DNA of 64,000 nt from an uncultured Chitinophagaceae bacterium (GCA_964642725.1 CAZXQG010000005.1:16597-80596), one strand, 5' to 3'; positions 20,265 through 29,396 are shown, counted from the stretch's first letter. Notes: generated by a model from the sequence alone, not told the origin. Program-made: numbers and translations.

Positions 20265-20311
20265 ACAGGCATTCATGCCTGTCAGATAGGTCAGACAAGA
20301 ATGTCTGACCT
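20265..20311. repeat. REP-like twin palindromic hairpins
   Basis: ACAGGCA-TTCA-TGCCTGT (20265..20282) and AGGTCAGACA-AGAA-TGTCTGACCT (20288..20311), 5 nt apart in a 310-nt intergenic region. Confidence 0.5.
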
Positions 20312-20376
20312 ACAGATACATTGAAATTAAGTCACTACCCGCTGTTGCAAGCCGTCTGACTGCTTCTATCAATTGG

Positions 20377-20404
20377 ATGGATTGAAAATCAATCCATTTT
20401 TTTT
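20377..20404 (+). terminator. orphan intrinsic terminator-like hairpin upstream of proB
   Basis: ATGGATTGA-AAA-TCAATCCAT followed by T8 on the plus strand; no plus-strand gene lies upstream. Confidence 0.55.
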
Positions 20405-20430
20405 GAATTAGCATTTTTATTTATTATCAT
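20403..20430 (+). promoter_or_regulatory. putative proBA promoter
   Basis: TTGAAT-16 nt-TATCAT. The -10 box ends 8 nt before the proB ATG. Confidence 0.3.
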
Positions 20431-20438
20431 TTAACGGT

Positions 20439-21575
20439 ATGCATCGAATGAAAGAAATATTGCTTGCCGGGAATAGCGTCGTCATCAAGATTGGGACGAA
20501 CCTCCTGGCCGACCGGGCGAAAGGGATCAACCGCGACAGGATCGATACGATCGCGAAAAGTGTCTCCTCCCTGCAATCTCGCGGCAAGCAGGTCGCAATT
20601 GTTACATCGGGTGCGATAGGCGCGGGGATGTTATTGCTTGGAATGAAAGAACGTCCGAGGGCGATTCCCGAAAAACAGGCTGCCGCAGCCATCGGTCAGC
20701 CGATTCTCATGGAAGTATATGAGAATGCGTTCAGAAAATATCACTGTACGATTGCCCAAATTCTTTTGACAAAGGATGATTTCGTCAACAGGGCGCGGTA
20801 TATCAACACCAAGAACACATTCTCTGCCTTGTTCGAAAAAGGAGCCGTCCCGATCGTCAACGAGAATGATACCGTAGCCGTAGAGGAAATCAAGCTCGGG
20901 GATAACGATAATCTTTCGGCCCTTGTTGCCAACCTTATCGAAGCAGACCTGCTGATTATCCTCAGCGATGTCGATGGACTTTTTTCAGATAACCCGACGA
21001 GAAATCCGAAAGCTCAATTGATTTCCGTTGTGGACAAGGTTACGCCAAATGTTGAAAAACTGGCGAAGAAGCATGGCAGTGAAATGAGCACCGGCGGGAT
21101 GTTTACCAAGGTCCAAGCAGCGAAGCAATGCGTTTCCGCGGGAATTCCCGTCATCATCGCAAACGGAACGAATCCCGGCATTCTCGATGAAATCTTCGCC
21201 GGCAAGAATTCAGGAACGCTGTTCCTGCCCGCAAACAATAAAATGAATGTGCGAAAAAAGTGGATCGGATTTGTGTCGGATTCAAAAGGGGTCGTCGTTG
21301 TTGACGGCGGGGCAAAAAGCGCTTTACTCATAAAACAAAAAAGTCTTCTTCCATCCGGAGTTCTGGAAGTGCGTGGAGAGTTTGAGACGGACGATACGAT
21401 TTCAGTCGTAGACACGGAAGGAAATGAAATTGCACGGGGCGTTGCGGGATATGCATCATCCGACCTCAATAAAATTAAGGGGAAGAAAACCAGCGAGATT
21501 CAGAAAACCCTAAACCGGAAAGGCAGCGACGAAGTCATTCACCGTAATAATCTTGTGTTGATTGGAACAGAATAA
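20439..21575 (+). CDS. proB: glutamate 5-kinase (with PUA domain)
   Basis: 378 aa; 'VVIKIGTNLL', 'VTSGAIGAG', 'VPIVNENDTVAVEEIKLGDNDNLSALVA', and a C-terminal PUA-like region. Confidence 0.95.
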   Translation: MHRMKEILLAGNSVVIKIGTNLLADRAKGINRDRIDTIAKSVSSLQSRGKQVAIVTSGAIGAGMLLLGMKERPRAIPEKQAAAAIGQPILMEVYENAFRKYHCTIAQILLTKDDFVNRARYINTKNTFSALFEKGAVPIVNENDTVAVEEIKLGDNDNLSALVANLIEADLLIILSDVDGLFSDNPTRNPKAQLISVVDKVTPNVEKLAKKHGSEMSTGGMFTKVQAAKQCVSAGIPVIIANGTNPGILDEIFAGKNSGTLFLPANNKMNVRKKWIGFVSDSKGVVVVDGGAKSALLIKQKSLLPSGVLEVRGEFETDDTISVVDTEGNEIARGVAGYASSDLNKIKGKKTSEIQKTLNRKGSDEVIHRNNLVLIGTE

Positions 21576-22828
21576 TGGCCGCCGGCAACGTCCCCAAAAA
21601 AGCCAGATCGGTAAAAGAAGCAAGCAGCGTATTGTACAATTGCTCATCACGGCAGAAGAACGCCTTGCTCAAAGCGATTGTCTTTCGACTACGCGATCAA
21701 ATTCCAGAGATTCTCCAAGCGAACAAAAAGGATCTCAAAAGCGCCGCAGCCGCAAAGTTATCAGACGTGTTAACAGATCGCCTCACATTGAATGAACAAC
21801 GGATAGCGCAAATGATGGAAGGGGTAAAGGACGTCATTAAATTAAGCGACGCCGTCGGCACTGTAGTCGAGAAAATAAAGAGACCGAATGGACTCTGTAT
21901 AGAGAAAATGCGAGTTCCCCTGGGTGCAGTGGGTATTATTTACGAATCGCGGCCTAATGTGACAATCGATGCGGCAGCGCTCTGCCTAAAATCCGGAAAT
22001 GCAGTATTGCTTCGCGGAGGTTCCGAAGCAATCCACACAAACAAAAAACTTGTTGCCGTTATCAAAACAGCGCTGAACGAGGTCGACCTTCCTGCGGGCT
22101 GCGTCGAGTTTATTGATACCACGGACCGAGCCGCAGTGCTGGAGATGTTGAAGCAAGAAAAATATCTCGACGTGGTCATTCCCCGAGGGAGTCAGCAACT
22201 GATCAGTTTTATTCAGGCAAACTCCTCCGTGCCCGTAATCGCACACGGCGAGGGCAATTGCCATATCTATGTGGACAACTCTGCCGACATTGCAATGGCA
22301 GAAGAGATTGTCTTCAATGCTAAAGTCCAAAGGCCGTCAGTCTGCAACGCTGCTGAAAAACTGTTAGTCCACAGTTCCATTGCCGCACAATTCCTTCCTC
22401 GCGTAGCACGAAGGCTATCGCGCGCGGGAGTTGAAATCAGAGGGGACAAAGAAACGCTTGCATTTGTTGAGAATGCAATTCCTGCTGCACAAACCGATTG
22501 GAGTAAAGAATATCTGGACTTGATCATCGCAATAAAAGTAGTAAAAAACCTCGATGCAGCGATCATGCATATCAACCGGTACGGTTCACACCATTCCGAT
22601 GCGATCGTCACGCAAAACACAAGTCATGGCGAACGATTCTTACGGGAGGTCGATTCGGCCGCTGTGTATGTGAACGCTTCGACGCGGTTTACCGATGGTT
22701 TTGAATTCGGCCTTGGCGCGGAAATAGGGATAAGCACGCAAAAGCTTCATGCGCGCGGTCCGATGGGACTCGTCGATCTGACAAGCATTAAGTACGTCGT
22801 TCACGGGAAGGGACAGATCAGAAAGTAG
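21575..22828 (+). CDS. proA: glutamate-5-semialdehyde dehydrogenase (gamma-glutamyl phosphate reductase)
   Basis: 417 aa; 'GAVGIIYESRPNVT', 'VCNAAEKLLVH', 'GSHHSDAIVT', 'YVNASTRFTDG'. TAATG overlap with proB. Confidence 0.95.
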   Translation: MAAGNVPKKARSVKEASSVLYNCSSRQKNALLKAIVFRLRDQIPEILQANKKDLKSAAAAKLSDVLTDRLTLNEQRIAQMMEGVKDVIKLSDAVGTVVEKIKRPNGLCIEKMRVPLGAVGIIYESRPNVTIDAAALCLKSGNAVLLRGGSEAIHTNKKLVAVIKTALNEVDLPAGCVEFIDTTDRAAVLEMLKQEKYLDVVIPRGSQQLISFIQANSSVPVIAHGEGNCHIYVDNSADIAMAEEIVFNAKVQRPSVCNAAEKLLVHSSIAAQFLPRVARRLSRAGVEIRGDKETLAFVENAIPAAQTDWSKEYLDLIIAIKVVKNLDAAIMHINRYGSHHSDAIVTQNTSHGERFLREVDSAAVYVNASTRFTDGFEFGLGAEIGISTQKLHARGPMGLVDLTSIKYVVHGKGQIRK

Positions 22829-22900
22829 GAATTTAAGAGCCAGGAGTATGCCGAAGAATTCGCTTCACTGTTTGCTCATTGTTGATTGTTCATTGATGTT

Positions 22901-24658
22901 TCACTCAACGCATTTCATCACAACAAGTGTGATATCGTCGGATTGCGGCGCGCCAGAAGTGTAGCGCGCAATTTCGTTTTGAATTTCATCGAGAGTGCGC
23001 TGAGCTGTCAGCGGGCCGATAGTTCGCAAAAACTCTTCAACCTTCTCTTCTGTATAATCAACCCCTTCGACATTCATCGCTTCGCTTATTCCGTCGGTGA
23101 ACATGACAACGACGTCTCCGGGAAATAGCTGAACGTCTCCCTCGATGTACGGCGCCGCCTCTCTCGTCACGCCGAGAATAATTCCCCCTTCCTTCAGCCT
23201 TTCGATTGACTTGTTCTTCCGCACAACGAAAGGATAATTATGACCCGCATTTACATAACGGAACATTTTAGTGACCGGATCAAAAATTCCCCAGCAAAAG
23301 GTGATGAATTTATCGCTGCCGGTATTGTCGCAAATGAGGCGGTTCACCCGCGAAGTCATTTCAGAGAGAGGAAGATCGAAATGAACAAGCGTTCGGATCG
23401 TTGCCTGGACATTCGCCATCAAAAGCGAAGCGGGCGCCCCTTTGCCCGACACATCACCGATGGCTATTACGCAACGCCCGCCTTCCAGAACAACGACGTC
23501 GTAGTAGTCCCCGCCAACCTGCTTTGAGGAGATGTTCAAGGCCGCAAGATCCAGTCCCGGAATTTTCGGCAGTGAACGTGGAAGCAGGCCTTTTTGAATC
23601 TCGCGGGCGATGTTCAATTCATTTTCCATCTTTTGCTTTTCGACAGCTTCGTAAAAGAGGCGCGTGTTTTCCAATGAAATGATGGCGAGATTTCCAAGAC
23701 TGTAGATGAACTCCAGGTCCGAATCCGAGTACACTCCTCCGCGAAGCCGCTCGCCAAGGCACAACATCCCTTTCACTTCATTCTGCACCTGAAGCGGAAT
23801 AAGAGCAACGATCCCCTGCTCCTCACAGGCCTCCCGAAGAGTCAACAAAACTTTTTTTCGCTGAAGGTCAGATACTAACACGGGTGAAGTGATGTTTTCG
23901 AACAGCACCTGCTTGTATTCTGAAAAATCCTGTGTATTGATCCGCGAAGCAACGGTCTCGCCGTTCCGGAGAAACACTGCATAGCGGCTTGCCCCCACTT
24001 GCCCCATCAGCGTAAACGTGAAAAGCTTCAACAGCTTTTCCCTGTCAAAAATAGCGTTGAACTCTTTGCTGAGCTCGAACAGCGTGCGCAATTCCTGGAC
24101 TTTTTCGTCGAGTGCCCGGTTGACATTCTTCACTTCCCCGAAGGCAATTCCTTTTTCAATCGCCGCTGCGGAGATGCTGATAATTGCCTCGACAAAACCT
24201 TTCTCCTCTGTCGTCAGTTTTTCTTTGCTCACACGTTTGCCTATCCCAAAAAACCCCAGGACGATGCCGTGAGATACGATCGGAAACATCCTCACAATGC
24301 CGATTTTGAAAAGCTGCACCTCATCGGGGCTCATGGTATGGGAAAGGGCAAAGCTCCTTCGTGGAACGCGCGGGAAAACAAATTCTTTTGAAGCAAACTC
24401 AACGGGAATTCCTTTAGAGTTTTCTATACGGAAGTGCTTCTCTTTCGTTTTAATGAGCACAACGCTCTTAGACATCAGGAGTTTCCCCATCAATGTTAAG
24501 AGAACGGTTCCGAGTATGAATTTCAGGTCGAGGGAAGAATTCACAATGTTGCTGAATTCAAACAACGGCGTAATATCGGCAAGGCGATTGATGTTCGGCG
24601 AATGCGTGGAAGGCTTCAAAAGGAACGATCCTTGGCGTTCATAATTCGGATGCCTCAT
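22901..24658 (-). CDS. GAF-GAF-PP2C (SpoIIE/RsbU-type) serine phosphatase
   Basis: 585 aa; the C-terminal 'GGDYYDVV...IGDVSGKGAPASLLMA...FTDGISEA...SDDITLVVMKC' are PP2C/SpoIIE motifs, and the N-terminal two-thirds look GAF-like. Confidence 0.8.
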   Translation of the reverse strand: MRHPNYERQGSFLLKPSTHSPNINRLADITPLFEFSNIVNSSLDLKFILGTVLLTLMGKLLMSKSVVLIKTKEKHFRIENSKGIPVEFASKEFVFPRVPRRSFALSHTMSPDEVQLFKIGIVRMFPIVSHGIVLGFFGIGKRVSKEKLTTEEKGFVEAIISISAAAIEKGIAFGEVKNVNRALDEKVQELRTLFELSKEFNAIFDREKLLKLFTFTLMGQVGASRYAVFLRNGETVASRINTQDFSEYKQVLFENITSPVLVSDLQRKKVLLTLREACEEQGIVALIPLQVQNEVKGMLCLGERLRGGVYSDSDLEFIYSLGNLAIISLENTRLFYEAVEKQKMENELNIAREIQKGLLPRSLPKIPGLDLAALNISSKQVGGDYYDVVVLEGGRCVIAIGDVSGKGAPASLLMANVQATIRTLVHFDLPLSEMTSRVNRLICDNTGSDKFITFCWGIFDPVTKMFRYVNAGHNYPFVVRKNKSIERLKEGGIILGVTREAAPYIEGDVQLFPGDVVVMFTDGISEAMNVEGVDYTEEKVEEFLRTIGPLTAQRTLDEIQNEIARYTSGAPQSDDITLVVMKCVE

Positions 24659-24684
24659 TCGATGTCAATGAGGGGCAAGAATTC

Positions 24685-25122
24685 TTAGTGGAGATATTTA
24701 ATAAGTCTCACGACGTTCTTTTTAGGATGAATCGTGTACTCCACTTTATCCATCAACTTCTTCATCAAATACATTCCCAATCCGCCCCGTTTGTAGTGAG
24801 ACATGTACTCTTTCATGTTCGGGACCGGTATCTGGTTGGGATTAAAATGTTTTCCATGATCCTCGATAAGAATTTCAAACTCCGGCTTTTTCATCGAAAC
24901 GACAATGTCAATTTGCTTGTCCGCGGCATAGCTGTAGGCGTGCTTGATAATGTTCGTACATGCTTCATCAACAGCGAGGGCAATATTGTTGACGTCATCT
25001 TCCTTAAAGCCGAAGACCTTTGCCGCATCGGCGACAAATTCGCGCGCCATGTTCAGCTTCTCCGTCTGGCTTGGAATGCGCAAATTCAATCGAGTTGTCT
25101 TTTGATTACCGCCGCTGGTCAA
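24685..25122 (-). CDS. anti-sigma-type serine kinase (RsbW/SpoIIAB-like, HATPase_c)
   Basis: 145 aa; N-box 'DEACTNIIKHAY' and G-box 'GGLGMYLMKKLMD'. Confidence 0.8.
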   Translation of the reverse strand: MTSGGNQKTTRLNLRIPSQTEKLNMAREFVADAAKVFGFKEDDVNNIALAVDEACTNIIKHAYSYAADKQIDIVVSMKKPEFEILIEDHGKHFNPNQIPVPNMKEYMSHYKRGGLGMYLMKKLMDKVEYTIHPKKNVVRLIKYLH

Positions 25123-25160
25123 CGTTCCAATCTCCTTTTTCCCGTGAGGTTCATGGTTTC

Positions 25161-25541
25161 CTACTTGCTCGATTGTTTCTTTGCATCGAACTTTTTCACC
25201 GCCTCGTGTTCATCGGTGAAGATTTCGTACAACATCGGAAAACCGAGAAGGTCGAAGATATTGTAGACTTTCGGCGACATGTTGGACATCTTGATGTCTC
25301 CCCCACCCGTCCGCACATCCTCGATGAAGGCCATAAACACTCCCAGCCCCGCGCTGGAAATGTATGCCAGGTCCTTGCAATTGACCAAGATATTTAGTTT
25401 CTCTTCTTTGATGAGTTTTTGAAATGCCTCTTCAAGGTTTGGGGCGGTATGCGCATCCAAATATCCCTTCAAGTCCATGACATGGACTTTTCCGCTCACC
25501 CGAAATGAAATCTTGAATTCGTTCATCTGATAACTCCTCAC
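25161..25541 (-). CDS. STAS-domain antagonist (RsbV/SpoIIAA-like)
   Basis: 126 aa; 'NCKDLAYISSAGLGVFMAF' with the conserved phosphorylatable Ser. Confidence 0.8.
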   Translation of the reverse strand: MRSYQMNEFKISFRVSGKVHVMDLKGYLDAHTAPNLEEAFQKLIKEEKLNILVNCKDLAYISSAGLGVFMAFIEDVRTGGGDIKMSNMSPKVYNIFDLLGFPMLYEIFTDEHEAVKKFDAKKQSSK

Positions 25542-25565
25542 AATAATAGTTGAAAATCGTCTCTC

Positions 25566-27662
25566 TCACCGTGGCGCTCCCTTCCATTTCACCACGAACA
25601 CAGTGAGATCATCATCATATCCTTGAGCGTCCGTGTAACTCCAGACGCGTTGAATGATTTCTTCCTTAATCTCTTCCGCAGAATGCGAGCGCTTTTCTTG
25701 AACAACGCTCATCAAACGCTCGTAGCCGAATTCTTCTCCCGCTGAGGAGCGCGATTCCGTAACGCCATCCGTATAAAAAACGCAGACATCCCCCTTATTC
25801 ATCATGATCCTTTTTTCTTCAAGCGAGTCTTCGAATAACATTCCGGCACTCAACCCTAAACCCATGCCGGTCGGTGTAATGTACTCAATCGAGGCAGAAG
25901 TTGCATACAACATCGGGCAATGTCCGGCTCGGCTGAGAACAAGCTCCCCTGTCGAAACATCGAGGACGGCATAAATTAAACTAATAAAAGATCGTTTGTC
26001 AATGCTCGAGATCAGCGACTGATTTGCTTTGATGAGAAATGTTCTGGGAGATGAATAAATTTTGCTGAGCGACTGGAAAATACCTTTCACTTCTGCCATA
26101 TAAAAAGCGGCTCCGACTCCTTTGCCCGAGACATCGCCGATGACGATGCCGACATGGCGGTCATCCAGTATTGCAATATCATAATAGTCGCCGCCAACTT
26201 CGAGGGCCGGTGCGGAGACAGCCTGCATTTCCACGTTCGGGAATATCGGGAGCGTTTGCGGGAGAAGGCGCTTCTGCATTTCCTGTGCGAGTAGTAATTC
26301 CCGCTGAAGACGCTCCTTTTCCAGCGACCGTTGAATCAATGTTGCGTTCTCGATCGCAATGGTCACTTGGTCGGCAAACCCGGACAACACTTCGATGTCG
26401 TCTTGGTCAAAACCGAAATCCATTTGTTTCGTCGCGTAAAGGATTCCTATCAGATTTTGATGCGACACCAGCGGCACCACCAAAAGCGATCCGACCTTCT
26501 TGAGCTTTGTCATATATTTCGTGCGACGGTCGGTGCTCACATCATCGATGAGCAGGACTTTTTTTGAGGAGAATACGAGCGAGCGGATCGAAACCTGATC
26601 GCCGAATAAGATCGTCTGGATATCCTCGGTTGAAATATTCCTCGCAGAGACAATTCCATTGCTGGCGTGGGAGGATTTTCTCTCTCCTTCGTTTGGAAAA
26701 ACTTCCAGCCACGAACTCGACGCCTCACAAACCTCAAAGGTCATCTTCGTGACAGTCTCCGCCAATTCGTTAAGGTCAAACACCTGCGTAATGAGCCTGC
26801 TGAGGTTGTGGAGCGAACTCAATTCGGTCTGTTTCCGGTCGAAGGCTTCTGCCGTCGGCAAATGGAAGAGTGTGCTGATGAATGCCATTCCAAAATACAC
26901 GGCGCCGAACAACGAGGTCAATTGAACAAACGTGTGCAGCGGATAACTGAAATAGAGGAGTGCCTTTGCCAAAAACGGTTTGTCTGAAATGGAGAGAAGA
27001 ATGTTGACCGCCATGAAAGCAAAAAAAGCGAGCAAGGCGTAGACCATCGCATAAATCTTCTCACGACGCGACAGGTACGCGATCCATGACAATCGGAACG
27101 AGTTAACGATAATCATGACGACGGCAAGAACAAAAAAGACGGTCGTGTAAACCGACAGCTCGAGCGGCCGGAGGTTGATCGTCGTCGCAGATGCTAGGAA
27201 GAAAAAGATCAGCAGAATCCAAAAATTGCGCCGCGTCCCTTTTTTCCTTTTATACAACAGCATGTCCTTGATATTGAGCATTGTCATAACCGCCACAATG
27301 CCGGCAGCGATGCTCAGAACGGTGGAAAAAAGAATGGTGATATAATCGCGGGGAAATAATTTGAACGCCCGAGTTTCAAATTCATTGAAGTGCAGCACAC
27401 TTGCAGTGATCGACAGGGCGACAAAGATTCCAGCCCATGCAGCAACCCGACCGATTCGCTGAATCATTGTGAACTGGCGTTCTTTTCTCAGCGTTTCGAT
27501 GTAGAATGTGCAGAGAATAAAAGCAAGAATAACTAACGCTCCGCGGCCAACGGAAAAATTTCCGAGCTCAGCATCGAGGCTCTTCATCGTGGCATCGATA
27601 ATGAACACCGAGCTAAAAAGGAGAATGGAAACGAGGAGTGAAAGTAGTTTTCTAATCTTCAT
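25566..27662 (-). CDS. integral-membrane GAF-PP2C (SpoIIE-type) serine phosphatase
   Basis: 698 aa; about 8 hydrophobic helices in the first 290 aa, a central GAF-like region, and 'GGDYYDIA...IGDVSGKGVGAAFYMA...YTDGVTES...DDDLTVFVVKW'. Confidence 0.8.
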   Translation of the reverse strand: MKIRKLLSLLVSILLFSSVFIIDATMKSLDAELGNFSVGRGALVILAFILCTFYIETLRKERQFTMIQRIGRVAAWAGIFVALSITASVLHFNEFETRAFKLFPRDYITILFSTVLSIAAGIVAVMTMLNIKDMLLYKRKKGTRRNFWILLIFFFLASATTINLRPLELSVYTTVFFVLAVVMIIVNSFRLSWIAYLSRREKIYAMVYALLAFFAFMAVNILLSISDKPFLAKALLYFSYPLHTFVQLTSLFGAVYFGMAFISTLFHLPTAEAFDRKQTELSSLHNLSRLITQVFDLNELAETVTKMTFEVCEASSSWLEVFPNEGERKSSHASNGIVSARNISTEDIQTILFGDQVSIRSLVFSSKKVLLIDDVSTDRRTKYMTKLKKVGSLLVVPLVSHQNLIGILYATKQMDFGFDQDDIEVLSGFADQVTIAIENATLIQRSLEKERLQRELLLAQEMQKRLLPQTLPIFPNVEMQAVSAPALEVGGDYYDIAILDDRHVGIVIGDVSGKGVGAAFYMAEVKGIFQSLSKIYSSPRTFLIKANQSLISSIDKRSFISLIYAVLDVSTGELVLSRAGHCPMLYATSASIEYITPTGMGLGLSAGMLFEDSLEEKRIMMNKGDVCVFYTDGVTESRSSAGEEFGYERLMSVVQEKRSHSAEEIKEEIIQRVWSYTDAQGYDDDLTVFVVKWKGAPR

Positions 27663-27834
27663 GAAAAACGGTTGATGGAATACGTATGATACTTACTTTA
27701 CTTCGTTGAAAATGAGGGAAAGTTGCAGCCAGCCGCATCAAAAATATCGAAAAGCGGGTTGAATAACAAGGAGAAGAGAGGAGTGCTTTTCGGCCTATTT
27801 CCCCTGTTGGGTCAAAACAATTCTCAAAAATCTA

Positions 27835-27863
27835 TTGCAAAGAATGAGAAAATTTCTTATCTT
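27835..27863 (+). promoter_or_regulatory. putative rpmB promoter
   Basis: TTGCAA-17 nt-TATCTT, 45 nt upstream of the ATG. Confidence 0.3.
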
Positions 27864-27908
27864 CATTGAAGAAATTAAGCATGTGAAGGAAAGGAATTTT
27901 TAGATATT

Positions 27909-28100
27909 ATGGCAAAAGTCTGTGAAATATGCGGTAAAAGGCCGATTGCGGGAAACAATGTAAGCCATGCAAACAACCGGTCTCCGCGTCGATGGCTTCC
28001 AAATCTTCAGGAAGTGCGGGCAATGGTCAACGGCTCCGTCAAGCGTGTGAGGGTATGCAGTTCTTGCTTGAAAGCAGGAAAAATTCAGAAAGCCATCTGA
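27909..28100 (+). CDS. rpmB: 50S ribosomal protein L28
   Basis: 63 aa; '[34 protein letters not shown]' is the L28 signature. Confidence 0.93.
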   Translation: MAKVCEICGKRPIAGNNVSHANNRSPRRWLPNLQEVRAMVNGSVKRVRVCSSCLKAGKIQKAI

Positions 28101-28124
28101 CCAATAACGAGGTTTTAAGATTGC

Positions 28125-28156
28125 AAAGGTCATCGTCACGATGGCCTTTTTTGTTT
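28125..28156 (+). terminator. rho-independent terminator of rpmB
   Basis: AAAGGTCATCG-TCA-CGATGGCCTTT (one G-U pair) followed by TTTGTTTG. Confidence 0.7.
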
Positions 28157-28257
28157 GTCCGGCGCCAGAACATTAATGCGATTTAATGAGCCACTTTGCC
28201 CACGCGCTTTCATTTTTCGATATAAATAGGTAGATTAGGCAGAATTGAGGAGATGAG

Positions 28258-28881
28258 ATGTCCCCACCTAATCAGCTTACACTGCTGCGAATCATTTTAA
28301 CGCCTGCATTTGCGTTACTCCTGTTTTCTGACTCTCCGACAAATAAACAGTTAGCATTGCTCGTGTATTGCCTTGCGGCGCTGACCGATTGGTACGACGG
28401 ATGGGTTGCACGGCGATGGGGCTACATTACACGGTGGGGAAAGTTTCTCGACCCGCTAGCAGACAAAGTGCTGACATCGGTTGCGTTTATTTCTTTTATC
28501 TATATCGGGTACGCAAGCGCGTGGATGGTGTGGATTATTGTTACAAGGGATATCTTTATAACGCTTCTCCGTTCATATTCTGAATACAAGGGTAAGCCGG
28601 TCGAAACAATAAAATTTGCGCGGACAAAAACATTCTTCCAACTCGTCGTCATTTACCTCTTCCTCGTCGCATACGTCATCAGAAGCTCTCCGACGCTCTA
28701 TGCCCATTACGGTATTTGGGTTGAAATTGCAGCCGCCAAAGAAATCATGTTCGGGCTGATGTTGATAGTAACAATCCTTACTGCATGGTCGGGAGTTCTC
28801 TATCTCGTCCAAAACTGGAATATCATTAAAGAATTATTCATGCCGAATGATCGAGCCGCCGAAACTGAACAACCCAACTGA
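28258..28881 (+). CDS. pgsA: CDP-diacylglycerol--glycerol-3-phosphate 3-phosphatidyltransferase
   Basis: 'DWYDGWVARRWGYITRWGKFLDPLADK' matches the CDP-alcohol phosphatidyltransferase motif D-x2-D-G-x2-A-R-x8-G-x3-D-x3-D. Confidence 0.88.
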   Translation: MSPPNQLTLLRIILTPAFALLLFSDSPTNKQLALLVYCLAALTDWYDGWVARRWGYITRWGKFLDPLADKVLTSVAFISFIYIGYASAWMVWIIVTRDIFITLLRSYSEYKGKPVETIKFARTKTFFQLVVIYLFLVAYVIRSSPTLYAHYGIWVEIAAAKEIMFGLMLIVTILTAWSGVLYLVQNWNIIKELFMPNDRAAETEQPN

Positions 28882-29359
28882 CACAATCGTTGTAGAATCT
28901 CAGCCGTCGCCGGCTGTATCTCCGCTTATTAAGATTTTTGCGTCCGCTCTTTTTTCAGGCTATGCACCGTTTGCCTCTGGAACAGTGGGAACGTTGGTCG
29001 GAATTCTCATTTACCTCATCCCCTCATTTTCCCAAACAGCAATCCTGCTGCCAGCGTGCGCCTTTGTGTTCGTCCTCGGAAGCCTTGCAGCCGGTACAAT
29101 GGAAAAAGCATACGGCCATGACCCGTCGATCGTTACTATCGACGAAGTCCTGGGAATCTGGGTCAGCCTTCTCTTTCTGCCAAAATCATACGTCATTATC
29201 GCGGCTGCTTTCTTTTTCTTCCGACTATTCGACGTGCTCAAGCCGTGGCCCGCGAACGTGTTCGACAAAAGGCACGGCGGCTGGAATATCATGCTCGACG
29301 ACGTCGTTGCTGGAATATACACGAACGTCGTTCTTCAAATCGCTTTCAGAGTTTTTTAG
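28847..29359 (+). CDS. pgpA: phosphatidylglycerophosphatase A
   Basis: 170 aa; 'GYAPFASGTVGTLVG', 'VTIDEVLG', 'FRLFDVLKPWP' PgpA motifs. 35-nt overlap with pgsA. Confidence 0.8.
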   Translation: MIEPPKLNNPTDTIVVESQPSPAVSPLIKIFASALFSGYAPFASGTVGTLVGILIYLIPSFSQTAILLPACAFVFVLGSLAAGTMEKAYGHDPSIVTIDEVLGIWVSLLFLPKSYVIIAAAFFFFRLFDVLKPWPANVFDKRHGGWNIMLDDVVAGIYTNVVLQIAFRVF

Positions 29360-29396
29360 TGCATTCAAACCTCCCAACATTTTATGGACAGTCATC

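Noticed and set aside
19214-20438. Integrated mobile element or prophage remnant around the recombinase-like gene
   Set aside because: There are no cargo genes, direct repeats or att-like duplications. The flanks are leuS and proBA, and the nearest tRNA gene is 11 kb away. The recombinase-like gene appears to be a solitary chromosomal gene.
28938-29396. 153-codon upstream extension of the cinA ORF (the track gives a 576-aa protein)
   Set aside because: The extension overlaps pgpA in another frame and has junk-like composition. The CinA family N-terminus 'MDGEVITIGDELL' begins at 29397.
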